In this document: positions 28,191 to 40,380 of the stretch, piece after piece | Layout of the letters: every line of letters begins with the position of its first letter | Position numbering within the stretch: position 1 is the first letter of the stretch | Assembly (NCBI GenBank): GCA_965153355.1 | Contig: OZ231126.1 | Span: 4,464,001 to 4,528,000 of the forward strand | Direction of reading: 5' to 3' | Source of the DNA: Flaccisagitta enflata | Taxonomy: Eukaryota | DNA: 64,000 bases | Program-made: the position numbers and the translations under genes | The notes under the pieces: model-generated | What the model was told of the DNA's origin: nothing | The model's database searches: none | The model's input: the letters and a program-made list of their open reading frames with translations, nothing else

Positions 28191-28338
28191 ATACGAAGTT
28201 CGTATTTTGGCTGCCACCAAATTGGGTTTTCCCTCCTTTCGTGATGACGATGATGAAAAATGGCCCTGGGTCGTCTCAGCGACGCCGCCGCTACAACAAA
28301 AACAACAAAAACAACAACCATTACCTCCTTTTATGCAG
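28191..28338 (+). CDS. Protogenin-like exon 17 (FN3-2 end)
   Basis: TTCCAG|..|GTATTT; YEVRILAATKLGFP..KWPWVVSATP; phase 2-0. Confidence 0.9.
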
Positions 28339-29587
28339 GTATTTTTTGAAATATTTGCTTTTACGTTGTGCATGTGTACCGGTTCTATGAAGTGCGTGTG
28401 TGCCAGTTTTGTTTTGTGCATGTGTGCAGGTTCTATCATGTGCGTGTGTGCAGATTCTATTAAGCGTGCGTGTGTCATTTATCAAGTGTGTGTCAGCCGG
28501 TCTTATAAGGTGTGTTTAACGGTTCTATCAAGTGCGGGTGTGCCAGTTCTATTAAGTGCTGTTCATGCCCACAAGATGCAACATCAAGAAGCCTTGAATT
28601 CAAGCGCAGCACTTTATTGGCTTCTAATACAAGAGCTCTCTTTCAAAGCCACTTAGCAAATGTTTCTTATCAGCGCAGCAAGCCGCAAAAACGAAGATCC
28701 CTCTGAAACATCTCACTTTTTAGTCGCGGACACGCGACTCCACACCTTGCCGTGTCGGTTGGTCGGTAGGTCCGTCCGTCCGTCGGTTGGTCCGTCCGTC
28801 CGTCCGTCCGTCACATTTTTGAATTCCGAGTGGTTTTTGCATTACTGCTCCTGCCCAACCGTCCGCGACTGGATTGCCGTGTATCCGGCCTTGTTTTCAT
28901 TCTCATTAGATAAATTGTGGTATGTCTAGAGCGTCTAATGTATTATTCCAGTGTTTAGTTGAAGCAGAAAACTGTAAAATCTGTGTTCTCACCCTGGATC
29001 TTTAGTCGCGTGCTACGCGACTCTACACCATGCTATGTCAGTCCGTTGGTCAGTCCGTTGGTCAATTGGTCACCTTTTTACTTTGTCGGCGTTTATGAGC
29101 TTTTTGAGCCTACTGCTCCTCACCAAATACTCTATTGACCTGCTCCTGCACTGCTCCTACCCACCCGCACGCGACTGGGGTAACCATGTATCCGGCCTTG
29201 TTTAAAACCATTTGTGATTTGGATCCATGCCAGAATGTGAGACTATTTGCGCTTGTGTGGCGTGTAGCGTGAAGCGTGTAGGGTGTGGATAGTGGCGCGT
29301 TACGCGAAGCGTGTGTCGTGTGGCGTGTGGCGTGAGACTCGTTATGTGTGGCGTGTGTCGTGTGGCGTGGTTGGTTTCTCTTTTGCTGAAATTAGTACCG
29401 GATCTCCTCCTCATCTGGTTGTTGAATCCATGATCTACGATCCACTTAAATAAAGAGTTTCTCTTATGAATTGAATATAAATTAATAATGGGAAATGATT
29501 TAACGGGTTTGAAGATTAATGATGAATTTGTATCTGAGCCCATCTGGGTTTTCGTACGCAGCCACTTTGCAGTCGTAACAAAAGGTT

Positions 29588-29652
<65 letters not shown>

Positions 29653-29911
29653 GGTGGTGGTGGTGGTGGTGGTGGTGGTGGTGGTGGTGGTGGTGGTGAT
29701 GGTGTTAATGGTAGTAGTCATGGTGATAGTGATGGTGGTGGTAGCGGTGTTGGGTATGATAGTGATGGTGGCAGCAGTGGCATTTACGTTGGATTTTAGA
29801 AACCTCGAGGTTGTGCCGTTATCATCAAGCTTAAATTTCAGGTATTCTCTTTCGTTCAGCTTCCATAATCTGAAAAATATCCATTAACTCTCTCTCCCCC
29901 TCTCTCTATCT

Positions 29912-30062
<151 letters not shown>

Positions 30063-30064
30063 AG

Positions 30065-30146
30065 CTTCACCTTATTAACTCAACTAGCGCGATCATTTCA
30101 TGGATAACTTCATCTTCATCTACAAGAACCAACTCAGAAAAATCGG
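30065..30146 (+). CDS. Protogenin-like exon 18 (FN3-3 start)
   Basis: (CT)n TTTTTAG|..|GTAACT; LHLINSTSAIISWITSSSSTRTNSEKS; phase 0-1. Confidence 0.8.
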
Positions 30147-30769
30147 GTAACTTGATTTGTATAAATATGAATGTGGTACATATTTTTATAAATATGAATT
30201 TGGTACATCTTTGTATAAATATGAATTTGGAACAGCTTTATATAAATATGAATTTGGTACATCTTTGTATAAATATGAATTTGGATTATATATATAAATA
30301 TATATATATAAAATTTAAGCTATCAAAGGAAGCAAGCTTTTTACAACTTGCTCTTCGAGATGATAGCTGTTCCGTCACAATTACAATTTACGTGGCAAAG
30401 AAAATTAACCAGTCAGTAGTTCATAAGAACCAAAAGCGAGAATTGTTACCATGCAACTGCTAAAAATTGAAAATTCTATGTTCAAAATATTCAAAATTGA
30501 CCAGTCACTAGTTTTAAAAATCAAAAGTGTAAATCAGTAAAGGAAAAAGTTGCACATTCACCAAAATTTTCAACGACTTTCCAATATATGAAAATAAAGA
30601 CTATAAATACTTCCAAATAGAAAATATGATGCTTTTATAAGTGCAAATAATATCAGTGATCATTCTCTGAGCAAATACTTAAGATTTTATGATACTAAGA
30701 AACCATTTGTAAAAAGAGAAAAAAAATCTGATTTGATCATTGTGCTCTTATGGTCTCTAAGTTAGTGAG

Positions 30770-31819
30770 TCATTTAATCGGAAAGCATGCTATTCTTCGC
30801 TCGCGACGGCCGCCAATAACTTTGAAAAACTTGACGCTTTTTTCATCTGCAGCAAGAGAATTGTTCAAATGCTCAGCATCTTGCCGCAATTTAATCTCCC
30901 ATGCTTTTTCCACTTGACATTCCAATTTTGTCATGTCGTGAGTGATAATCACCCCGTTCCATTTCTCCATTCCTCTCAGCTTCTTTGCCATCAGGAGCAT
31001 TGCCCTCTTTTTTTCTGAGCATACAAATTTAACGACTAGGGGGCGCAAATTGCTACTGTTTGATGTTCCAACACGAAAATGATGAACAATGTCCGTAGAA
31101 GGATCCAGGTCCAGGTCCAAGTCACCAGCAAGCAATTTGATCATGGCAAGATCGTCATCTGTTTCCTGTTGACCAAAAATGATGATGTTGTTTCTCTTTC
31201 GTTCGCGCAAGACCCATTCTGGAACAAATTGCACAGGTGTGCCTTTATTCATTGTGGCAGGGTTGGTTGAACTTTGTGCAGAATTGTGAATTTCATCCAC
31301 TTTTGCCTTGATGGCTTGAAATTCAGTTTGGAGCTCCTGTAATCTGGCGTCAGTTGATGTTGTTCTTTCTCCAATGGCATCCATCTTGGTCTTCAATTCA
31401 TCTTTGATACGCCTGTTTTTTTCCATCTCCTCCGCAAACTTGCGATTTGTTGCATCTAACTGTTGTTGTGATTTAGTCAATTTTTTTCCAAAGGCTTCAA
31501 ATTCGGTTTTTGAGGCAACCTGATGCTTAACCACTTGGGCTTTGAAGGCTTCAAATTCGGTTTTTGAGGCAACCTGATGCTTAACCACTTGGGCTTTGAA
31601 GGAATCAGCACCTGTGATATGTTTTTCCATTTTGATGGTTAGCATTGCAATTGTTTCATTCAAAGCTGTATGATTATTGTTAATGCCTTCCACGACTTTT
31701 TCAAAACCTTCAAAACCTTTTTTGAAGGTCATGAGTAGAGCATCCATTCCGGTTTTCCATTCATTTGTTTCTTTTGACTCTTTTTCCAGTTGCGCAATAT
31801 CATGCTGTATTTTCTCCAT
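30770..31819 (-). CDS. Intact intronless LINE ORF1-like protein (coiled coil + RRM/CTD-like), no ORF2; host element ~30310-32420
   Basis: 349-aa ORF. Long heptad-rich N-half, then RERKRNNIIIFG..HFRVG..RPLVVKF..KKLRG..VIITHDMTK, the motif series of L1/L2/CR1-type ORF1 proteins. Confidence 0.8.
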   Translation of the reverse strand: MEKIQHDIAQLEKESKETNEWKTGMDALLMTFKKGFEGFEKVVEGINNNHTALNETIAMLTIKMEKHITGADSFKAQVVKHQVASKTEFEAFKAQVVKHQVASKTEFEAFGKKLTKSQQQLDATNRKFAEEMEKNRRIKDELKTKMDAIGERTTSTDARLQELQTEFQAIKAKVDEIHNSAQSSTNPATMNKGTPVQFVPEWVLRERKRNNIIIFGQQETDDDLAMIKLLAGDLDLDLDPSTDIVHHFRVGTSNSSNLRPLVVKFVCSEKKRAMLLMAKKLRGMEKWNGVIITHDMTKLECQVEKAWEIKLRQDAEHLNNSLAADEKSVKFFKVIGGRRERRIACFPIK

Positions 31820-32533
31820 GTCTTGAGCTTTATTAGATTGTCAGAGCAGGATGGAACCGAGACTGTTCTAGATAGCTCTTTATCTCAAAGAGTGGCGCTT
31901 GTGCCAACTGCCCCAGTGCTCAGTAACTTCCAACTCTGTGACAATCTATCTTAGGTTGACGGTAAGATGACAATTTCCTTCAATTTCCTTCAGTAAGATT
32001 CAGTCTTTGGTTCTGTGATGTAGTTTTTTTTAGCCGCAAAGGAGTAAACGGTTTTGTAACACAAATTCTTAGCTGTAGTTGTTACACAAGAAGACCGAGG
32101 TTGGAGAACTGATTCAACTTGGACTTTAGATTCCAAACAAATATGAGGCGATGAGAGAGTGAGACCACGATAGCGATTTTTTTTGATGATGAAATAAAAT
32201 CAAGCCCATTAATGATGGTAGTTTCTTTCAAAGTTTTGACCCTTCCCGTTGACTGATTGAGATGAAAATTTGCAGTTGGGTGGAGAACAAAAAGATGGAA
32301 TTTTGAGTGTATTTCCAGCCGACTACATTATGGTTGAAGCAGTTTTTTAATGATTTTTCTTGGAAAGCCGCGAAGGACGAAGAGAGATCGTGTTTCTTCG
32401 CCACGTAGCATATCAAATGGGTACATCAAATTGGTACATAAATCTTTGTGCTTTTGACATCTTTAATTTCTTTTTCTCAACATGATGTAATTTTATCACT
32501 CACCATCTTTTATTTTTATTTATTTTATTACAG

Positions 32534-32746
32534 GTACTACATCTTCATCTTCATCCTCCTCTTCCTCTTCCTCTTCCTCCTTTTCACCAGTCGCGCCAAT
32601 TTCCGAAATAAATCAGGGCTTCAAATTGAAATACCGCCAAATCCTTCCGCCATCCTCCTCCTCCTCCTCCTCCTCCTCCTCTTCTGCCCTTTGGACAACT
32701 CATACTGTAGATATTTCCTCTCGTCATATTATTCTCTCTAACTTAG
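32534..32746 (+). CDS. Protogenin-like exon 19 (FN3-3 middle, poly-Ser inserts)
   Basis: TTACAG|..|GTAATC; ..QGFKLKYRQI..WTTHTVDISSRHIILSNL; phase 1-1. Confidence 0.85.
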
Positions 32747-32939
32747 GTAATCAGTTATAGATAATTGTATCACAACATAACGCATCCCAGTTCATAAATA
32801 ATGAACGGATAATGAATTGATAAGTGGCAATAAAAATTCCAAAGAAGGGATTTATTCAGTTCCGGCAACCCGTACCATGTAGATGAGCAAATTACAAATT
32901 ACAAATTGCAATTATCATCAAACTTATTGATACTATCAT

Positions 32940-33965
<1,026 letters not shown>

Positions 33966-33970
33966 CACAG

Positions 33971-34227
33971 GTCCGGAATCGGTTTACGAATTAGAATTGT
34001 CTGAAGTCTTGGATGGCGTAGAAGGGTTTCCGTCTGTCCATCTTCTCACGACAGACAGACAGACTGACAGCGTTACAAACGGCGAGAATGACAAAGAGAA
34101 TGACAACAACAGCAACAACAACAACAACGACAATACCCACAATGACAATGATAATGGAAAAGACGCTCCCATTCAAGGCGTCCAGTTTACAACGAGATTT
34201 AACTCAGAGATTCCCAGCCAATTAAGG
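33971..34227 (+). CDS. Protogenin-like exon 20 (FN3-3 end + N/D-rich linker)
   Basis: TCACAG|..|GTAAGA; GPESVYELELSEV..; phase 1-0. Confidence 0.82.
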
Positions 34228-34236
34228 GTAAGAGTA

Positions 34237-34881
34237 CAGTGGAACCCCGCTTCTATAACAACACCTAATTAAAGGTGACCCGCTTTTAAAGTGCAAAATA
34301 CTTAAGTCCAAAAATTATTCAGGTTTTTGCAATGTTAAAATACCCCTGCTTAATGGGGGGGTCGGTAACAACGAACTTTGGAAATGCCAGTCGGACATAT
34401 GGCCAAAGTGTGCACAATAACAGTATATGAACACATGTAAAAGGAAAAAGGGGTAACACCATATCATTTACAGTCGTGCCACACCCCTTATTTACATTGT
34501 AATAAATAGGGAGAAGGAAGAGGAAGAGGAACCTTGTATACTTTACAATGGGAAAGGCAGGGTTGGCACTACTGTAAATGATAAAGTCTCATGAACTTTT
34601 TCTTTTAGTTATAAGGTTGATTTGTGATTGCACATGGTCTGGCGATATGTCCGATTGGCATTTCCAAAGTAGGTTGATATCGACCCCCTCACTGCTTAAC
34701 AGCCCCTGCTCTAACAGTGACTCGCCTTCCTACAATTATTAGTAAATAAAATGATCAAAAATTAGTATTATGAATTGCATTTAAAACAAACAAAGATTTT
34801 TAAGCTTCATGATAACAGTCCCCCTTTTTAATGATCAAAATTATCCAGTCCTTTCAAGACCGTTATCCCGAGGTCCTACTG
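34237..34881. mobile_element. pogo/Tigger-like (Tc1/mariner superfamily) MITE with a nested inverted-repeat element (~34353-34689); other copies 13127-13310, 37627-37838, 45042-45240, 55510-55683, 56126-56876
   Basis: TA|CAGT(G/T)(G/A)AACCCCGC ... GCGGGGTTTCACTG|TA termini, clearest at 37627-37838. Confidence 0.75.
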
Positions 34882-35104
34882 TATGTTTTTTTTTTCATTG
34901 TAATAGCTCTATATTTTCTTTTAGCGTCCAGAGAAAACTTTTCCAATGTGTTTTTTTTTTGTTTATCTTACCCTCGCTGTTCTAATTTCCAAATTCCTCT
35001 ATCCTTAGTCCTTGTCACACCATTCTTCTTTTTCTCGTCCTCTGAGTCCTTGTAATCTGTTAACTCTTTTTCCTATCCTTGTTGGTGCCCCCTTCACATT
35101 TCCC

Positions 35105-36050
35105 ATATTCACAGTCCTTGTTATCTAATTCCTCTTTTTCCTATCATTTCAATCCTTGTTATCTAATTCCTCTTTTTCCTATCTTTTCAGTCCTTGTTAT
35201 CTAATTCCTCTTTTTCCTATTATTTCAGTCCTTCTTATCAAATTCCTCTTTTTCCTATCCTTTCAGGCCTTGTTATTAAATTCCTCTTTTTCCTATCCTT
35301 TCAGTCCTTGTTATCTAATTCCTATTTTTCCTATCCTCTCAGTCCTTGTTATCTCATTCCTCTTTTCCTATCTTTTCAGTCCTTCTTATCAAATTCCTCT
35401 TTTTCCTATCCTTTCAGTCCTTCTTATCAAATTCCTCTTTTTCCTATCCTTTCAGTCCTTCTTATCAAATTCCTATTTTTCCTATCCTTTCAGTCCTTGT
35501 TATCTAATTACTCTTTTTTCCTATCCTCCCAGTCCTTGTTATCAAATTTCTCTTTCTCCTATCCTTTCAGTCCTTCTTATCAAATTCCTCTTTTTCCTAT
35601 CCTTTCAGTCCTTCTTATCAAATTCCTATTTTTCCTATCCTTTCAGTCCTTGTTATCTAATTCCTCTTTTTCCTATCCTCTCAGTCCTTGTTATCTAATT
35701 CCTCTTTTCTTATCTTTTCAGTCCTTCATATCAAATTCCTCTTTTTCCTATCCTTTCAGTCCTTCTTATCAAATTCCTATTTTTCCTATCTTTTCAGTCC
35801 TTGTTTTCTAATTCCTCTTTTTCCTATCTTTTCAGTCCTTCTTATCAAATTCCTCTTTTTCCTATCCTTTCAGTCCTTGTTATCTAATTCCTCTCTTTCC
35901 TTTCTTTTCAGTCATTGTTGGTGCCCCCTCGCATTTCCCATACTCACAGTCCTTGTTATCTAATTCCTATTTTTCCTATTCTTTCAGACTAATAGTTTCA
36001 GTCCTTGTTATCTAATTCCTCTTTTTCCTATCTTTTTAGTCCTTGTTGGT
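35105..36050 (+). repeat. 38-nt acceptor echo array upstream of exon 21 (~24 units)
   Basis: Unit ATCTAATTCCTCTTTTTCCTATCCTTTCAG|TCCTTGTT. The exon starts TAG|TCCTTGTTGGTGCC. Confidence 0.95.
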
Positions 36051-36336
36051 GCCTCCTCGGATTTCCTTAGCTTCTGCCCTCGACTCAAAGACGATTCAGG
36101 TGGACCTTGAATCCGAAGTTTGGAAACAAGTCTCCACCAAGAGAAATCATGGTGGTGGTGGCGAGGTTGTGAGTGGTGTTGGTGGTGGTGGTGGTGGTGG
36201 TAGTGGTGGTGGTGGTGGTGGTGGTGGTGGTGGTGGTGGTGGTGGTGGTGGCGATGGTGAAGGCGATGAAGTCTTCCTAGCTTCTGACGGACGTCTTCTG
36301 GATGATGATGAAGCGGAGGAACTCAGAGCATATAAA
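36040..36336 (+). CDS. Protogenin-like exon 21 (FN3-4 start, poly-Gly insert)
   Basis: TTTTAG|..|GTGAGT; SLLVPPRISLASALDSKTIQVDL..; phase 0-0. Confidence 0.82.
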
Positions 36337-37126
36337 GTGAGTTTGTACCAAACACTCTAAAGTATTCAATAAATAATGATTATGAAAATACTGATCGAGA
36401 ATTGTGAATCAAACTAAGTCAAAAGATGTCCTACACAGAAAAATAGGATCAAATTGGAGAGAAAATTTTAAAATCAAAGTTAGTGGTCCGAAAGCAATTG
36501 TATCATGGGTGGATCAATTCATGGACGGACATGGCTTACTACTTACTACCTAGCCAAGGTGACTAAAAACATTAATGACAACAGACAACTCGCTGACAGA
36601 ATTGGAAAAAACAGTCCAAAAACTGTAAACATAACAGTGATTTTCACACATTCACGTTCATTGGATATAAATCTTTGCTCACCTTGAATAAATCTCTCCA
36701 AGTATCACGCTATGGGTGATCTTTAAGTCAAAAAAGAAAAAAACAAACAGTATTTGATGACTTTGATTTAATCTCTTTGAATATCACGCTTTCGGTGATC
36801 TTCAGGTCAAAACTGAAAGAAAATAGTATTTGGTAATAAAGGAATAATTCAATTTATATAAATGGAGTTAATAGATTTATTTTTCATGATTCAATAGTTG
36901 TGTGCAGCTGATCTCTCACTCACAGTAATTCTCCCCCCCCCCTTTTTTTTCCCCTTCCTCCTGCTCCTCGTCCTCCTCCTCCTCCTCTTCTCCCAAAGTC
37001 AAAAGCACAATTATATTGATTAATTTTGACTCTTGATTCAATTAGTCAAAAAGATTATGAAGAGAGAGAATTTTTTTTTTATATATTTTGTTTTTCAATT
37101 CCAACTTGTTTTCAATTTTTTTGCAG

Positions 37127-37541
37127 TTGACATTTGGAGTGAAATTCGCCAAAGTTGATTACAGCTCGGCTCAACTACGGTCCAAGGCTAAATGGACTAT
37201 CGTCAACACTACCTCCTCTTCCTCCTCTAATTCTTCTTCTTCTTCTTCTTCTTCTTCTTCTTCTTCTTCTTCTTCTTCTTCTTCTTCTTCTTCTTCTTCT
37301 TCTTTGAGAGTGATCATTCCTGACCTCAAACCATACACAAAATATGTATTTGCTGCCTTCACTCGTCTTCAGTTAATTTCTTCTTCTTCTTCTTCTTCTT
37401 CTTCTTCTTCTTCTTCTTCTTCTTCTTCTTCTTCTTCTTCTTCTTTCTTGGGGCCATTGAGCGAGAGAATCATTTGTAGGACCCTTGAGGCCAAACCAGA
37501 GGCTCCAAGAAGTTTGATGGCGCGAATTCACAAATGTGTGG
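37127..37541 (+). CDS. Protogenin-like exon 22 (FN3-4, two poly-Ser inserts; FN3-5 start)
   Basis: TTGCAG|..|GTAAGT; VIIPDLKPYTKYVFA..GPLSERIICRTLEAKPEAPRSL; phase 0-1. Confidence 0.9.
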
Positions 37542-38791
37542 GTAAGTCCATTTTTGTTTTACGTATTGTGTGTTGTGTTATGTTGTTCTTCATATTGTGT
37601 GTTGTGTTATGTTGTGTTACGTTGTACAGTTAAATCCCGCTCTAACGGATTTCAGCGGACCAATAAATTTTATCCATTAAAAGTGGAATTCTATCATAGC
37701 CAATAGAGGAGATAAAAGAAAGCAGTTTGAAGGGACGAAAAATTCTGTTATAGCCAATAAGGGAGATAAAAGAAGGGGCCAAGAACGTTACAGGCAGAAC
37801 TCCGTGAAAAGCGGGTCAATTGGAGCGGGGTTTCACTGTATGTTGACGAGACAGTAACATGTTGTGTTGATACCAGGCTACTTGAAGTCTTGCTGTGTTG
37901 ATGTCAGGCTACTTGAAGTCTTGTCGTGTGTGAAATTGGATTAATTTGGAACTCTAGTGCCCAATGAAGACATCTCCTAGTTTACTATTGTATTTTTGGG
38001 CAGCGGCCCCAAAGGGGTCAACGACCTATGCTTTCACACAGGGGGATTTTCTCCCCCTTTGTCCCCCCCCCCCACCTCCAGGCCCATATCTTAGCCTCAA
38101 GGCCCATATCCCAGCCTTGAGGCCCAAATCCCAATCTTGAGGCCCAAATCCCATCCTCAAGGTCCAAATCCTATCTCCAAGGCCCAAATCCCAGCGTCAG
38201 GGGGGCCAGGAGGTTGGGGGAGGGGGATGGAGGAGGAGAAAATCCCCCTGTGTGAAAGAATAGCTCATCGACCCCTTCGGGGGCCGCTGCCCTGCTCCCC
38301 CTTCAACCTACTTAGGCAGGGCACGGGTACCGCTGACCATCCAACGCTTTTGTGACTATTATTTATATCAGGCAATTTCATATCTTGCAGCATGAATGTG
38401 AAATTAGACTGAATTAGCTCTCTGGCACCCAATGGAGTCATCTCTTATATTACTATTGTTCTATATTTCTATATCAGGCGATTTGGAATCTTGTTCAGTG
38501 ATCGTGAAATTAGACTGAATTGGCTCTCTGGCACCCCATGGAGTCATCTCTTATATTACTATTGTTCTATGATACTATATCAGGCGATTTGAAATCTTGT
38601 TGTATGATCGTGAAATTCGATTAGATTAGCCCTCTTGTGCCCATCTCCTACATTAATCATTACTATTCTTCTTTTATTTTCTGTTAGGCGATTTGAAATC
38701 TTGTCGCGTGAGTGTGAAATTAGAATGGATTGGCCCTCTTGTGCTCATCTCATACATTAATCATTACTATTGTTCTTTTATTTTCTGTTAG

Positions 38792-38926
38792 GCGATTTGA
38801 AATCTTGTCGCGTGAGTGTGAAATTAGATTGGATTGGCCCTCTGGCGCCCAATGGAGTCATCTCCTACATAATTCGATACCGCAAAACAAAAATTGTCCA
38901 ATCAGAAGTTGTTCCGCCACCGGGAG
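38792..38926 (+). CDS. Protogenin-like exon 23 (FN3-5 N-half), last exon found
   Basis: TGTTAG|..|GTAAGC; VKLDWIGPLAPNGVISYIIRYRK; phase 1-1. Confidence 0.88.
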
Positions 38927-39019
38927 GTAAGCCAATCAATAGTAATAGTAATAGAAATAACCTTGGCGACAAAAAAAAAATGGCGGATTTTTCAAAACAG
39001 ATTCTATCTACCTTAATCT

Positions 39020-39811
39020 AATAGAAACTTCTTAAAATTGGTGATGGTTAGAAAGCTCTTCGAAAGATCTTTCATTTGAGTCGTGTCTGGAATTTTTAAC
39101 TAACGGTTTAGAAGCTACAGCTGTTTGAACATGACTACTCCATTTCTGCTCTAACGTCATGTCAAGAATGAGTGATAAAAAATAATCATCCTAAAACCAT
39201 AGTAAAAATTCTCTGATTTTGATGAAACTTGAACTGGAAGCGCTGAATACCTTCCTCTGACAGCTCCTCAAAAATTTCAAAAATCGGACAATTTTTTTCA
39301 TTTTCATTATGAGAAAGATCTTGAAATCTTCTAGAAATCTGAGCGTCAATGAGATAACAACATGTTTTTTTTTAAGGACTTTTATTATCAAGTTTTGACA
39401 AAAATCATATCAAATTCATGATGGTTTTGAAGCTCTGAGAATAATGTTCAAGTTGGAATAGCACAGGAGAGGTTCTTATCAATTCAGCAGTGAAGTAAAT
39501 GCAATAACAGCAAACCACTTTAGTTTTAATATATTTGATTGAGATCTAGAATATAAGATTATGAAAACCCTAGTAAAAATCTTCCGATTAGCATGAAAAT
39601 TGAAGTGATATCAGAAGACATACACCTGAACTACCACCTAAAATTTTGTAGAAATCGGACCAAAACTTCTATCATTTTTTTAGATTTTAACTTTTTTCAA
39701 ATTCCCTTCTATGGAGTCATGGGCAGTCCAAAAAAGGGGTAGTCATGTTCAAATTGCTCTAGCTTCTAAACCGTTTGAGTTAGGTACAGACACGACTCCA
39801 AATAAAAGATG
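39020..39811. mobile_element. Foldback/long-inverted-repeat element cut by the assembly gap
   Basis: GAGTCGTGTCTG..AACGGTTTAGAAGCT..TTTGAACATGACTAC (~39078-39138) is mirrored at ~39738-39798. Confidence 0.7.
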
Positions 39812-39844
39812 NNNNNNNNNNNNNNNNNNNNNNNNNNNNNNNNN
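39812..39844. other. Assembly gap (33 N)
   Basis: N run. Confidence 1.
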
Positions 39845-40089
39845 GAACATGACAGGTGAAGAATGGCAGGATGGAAAAGACAAGGGAACATGACAGGTGT
39901 AAAGAGTGGCTTTTTATTTCGAAATAATGTAATTCAACCTCATCTAAGTCTTTTTTTTTTTTTTTTTTTTTTTTGAGGGGGGATGATGGATGAAGCAGTA
40001 TTTCAGTTTTTTTTATGGGCTGATGAAAGTAACAATTTGTCCATCTTGGTTCCTCTTCAGAGTCTCCGTGCTTAATCAACAGCGCATGA

Positions 40090-40380
40090 GAGTGAGAAAA
40101 CAATGCTACTCTTGGCGCGAAAGCGTAACGGACTTGCAACACGCCCTTGGACGTCCCACCTGGGAAGAGCTCATCGCCAAACGTTCAAACAATTTCTTCA
40201 AAAGATTTCAGTATTTGCCAGCTGACTCTTTGGTCCGCGCGTTGAGCTGCTAATCCGCAATTGATTACTTGTACTTTTTTTTCCACCATTTTTGCTTTGT
40301 TTATTTTCTTGCCCCTTGTATCTTTTGTTCTCGTTACACTTCATGTGTGAATATAAGTCAGAATGCCACTCTCAGTTTAC
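40090..40380 (+). mobile_element. Short 3' fragment of a non-LTR retrotransposon
   Basis: YSWRESVTDLQHALGRPTWEELIAKR resembles YNRWESIKTLRESFGYLSVTEIFARR of the 21-kb fragment. Confidence 0.5.
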
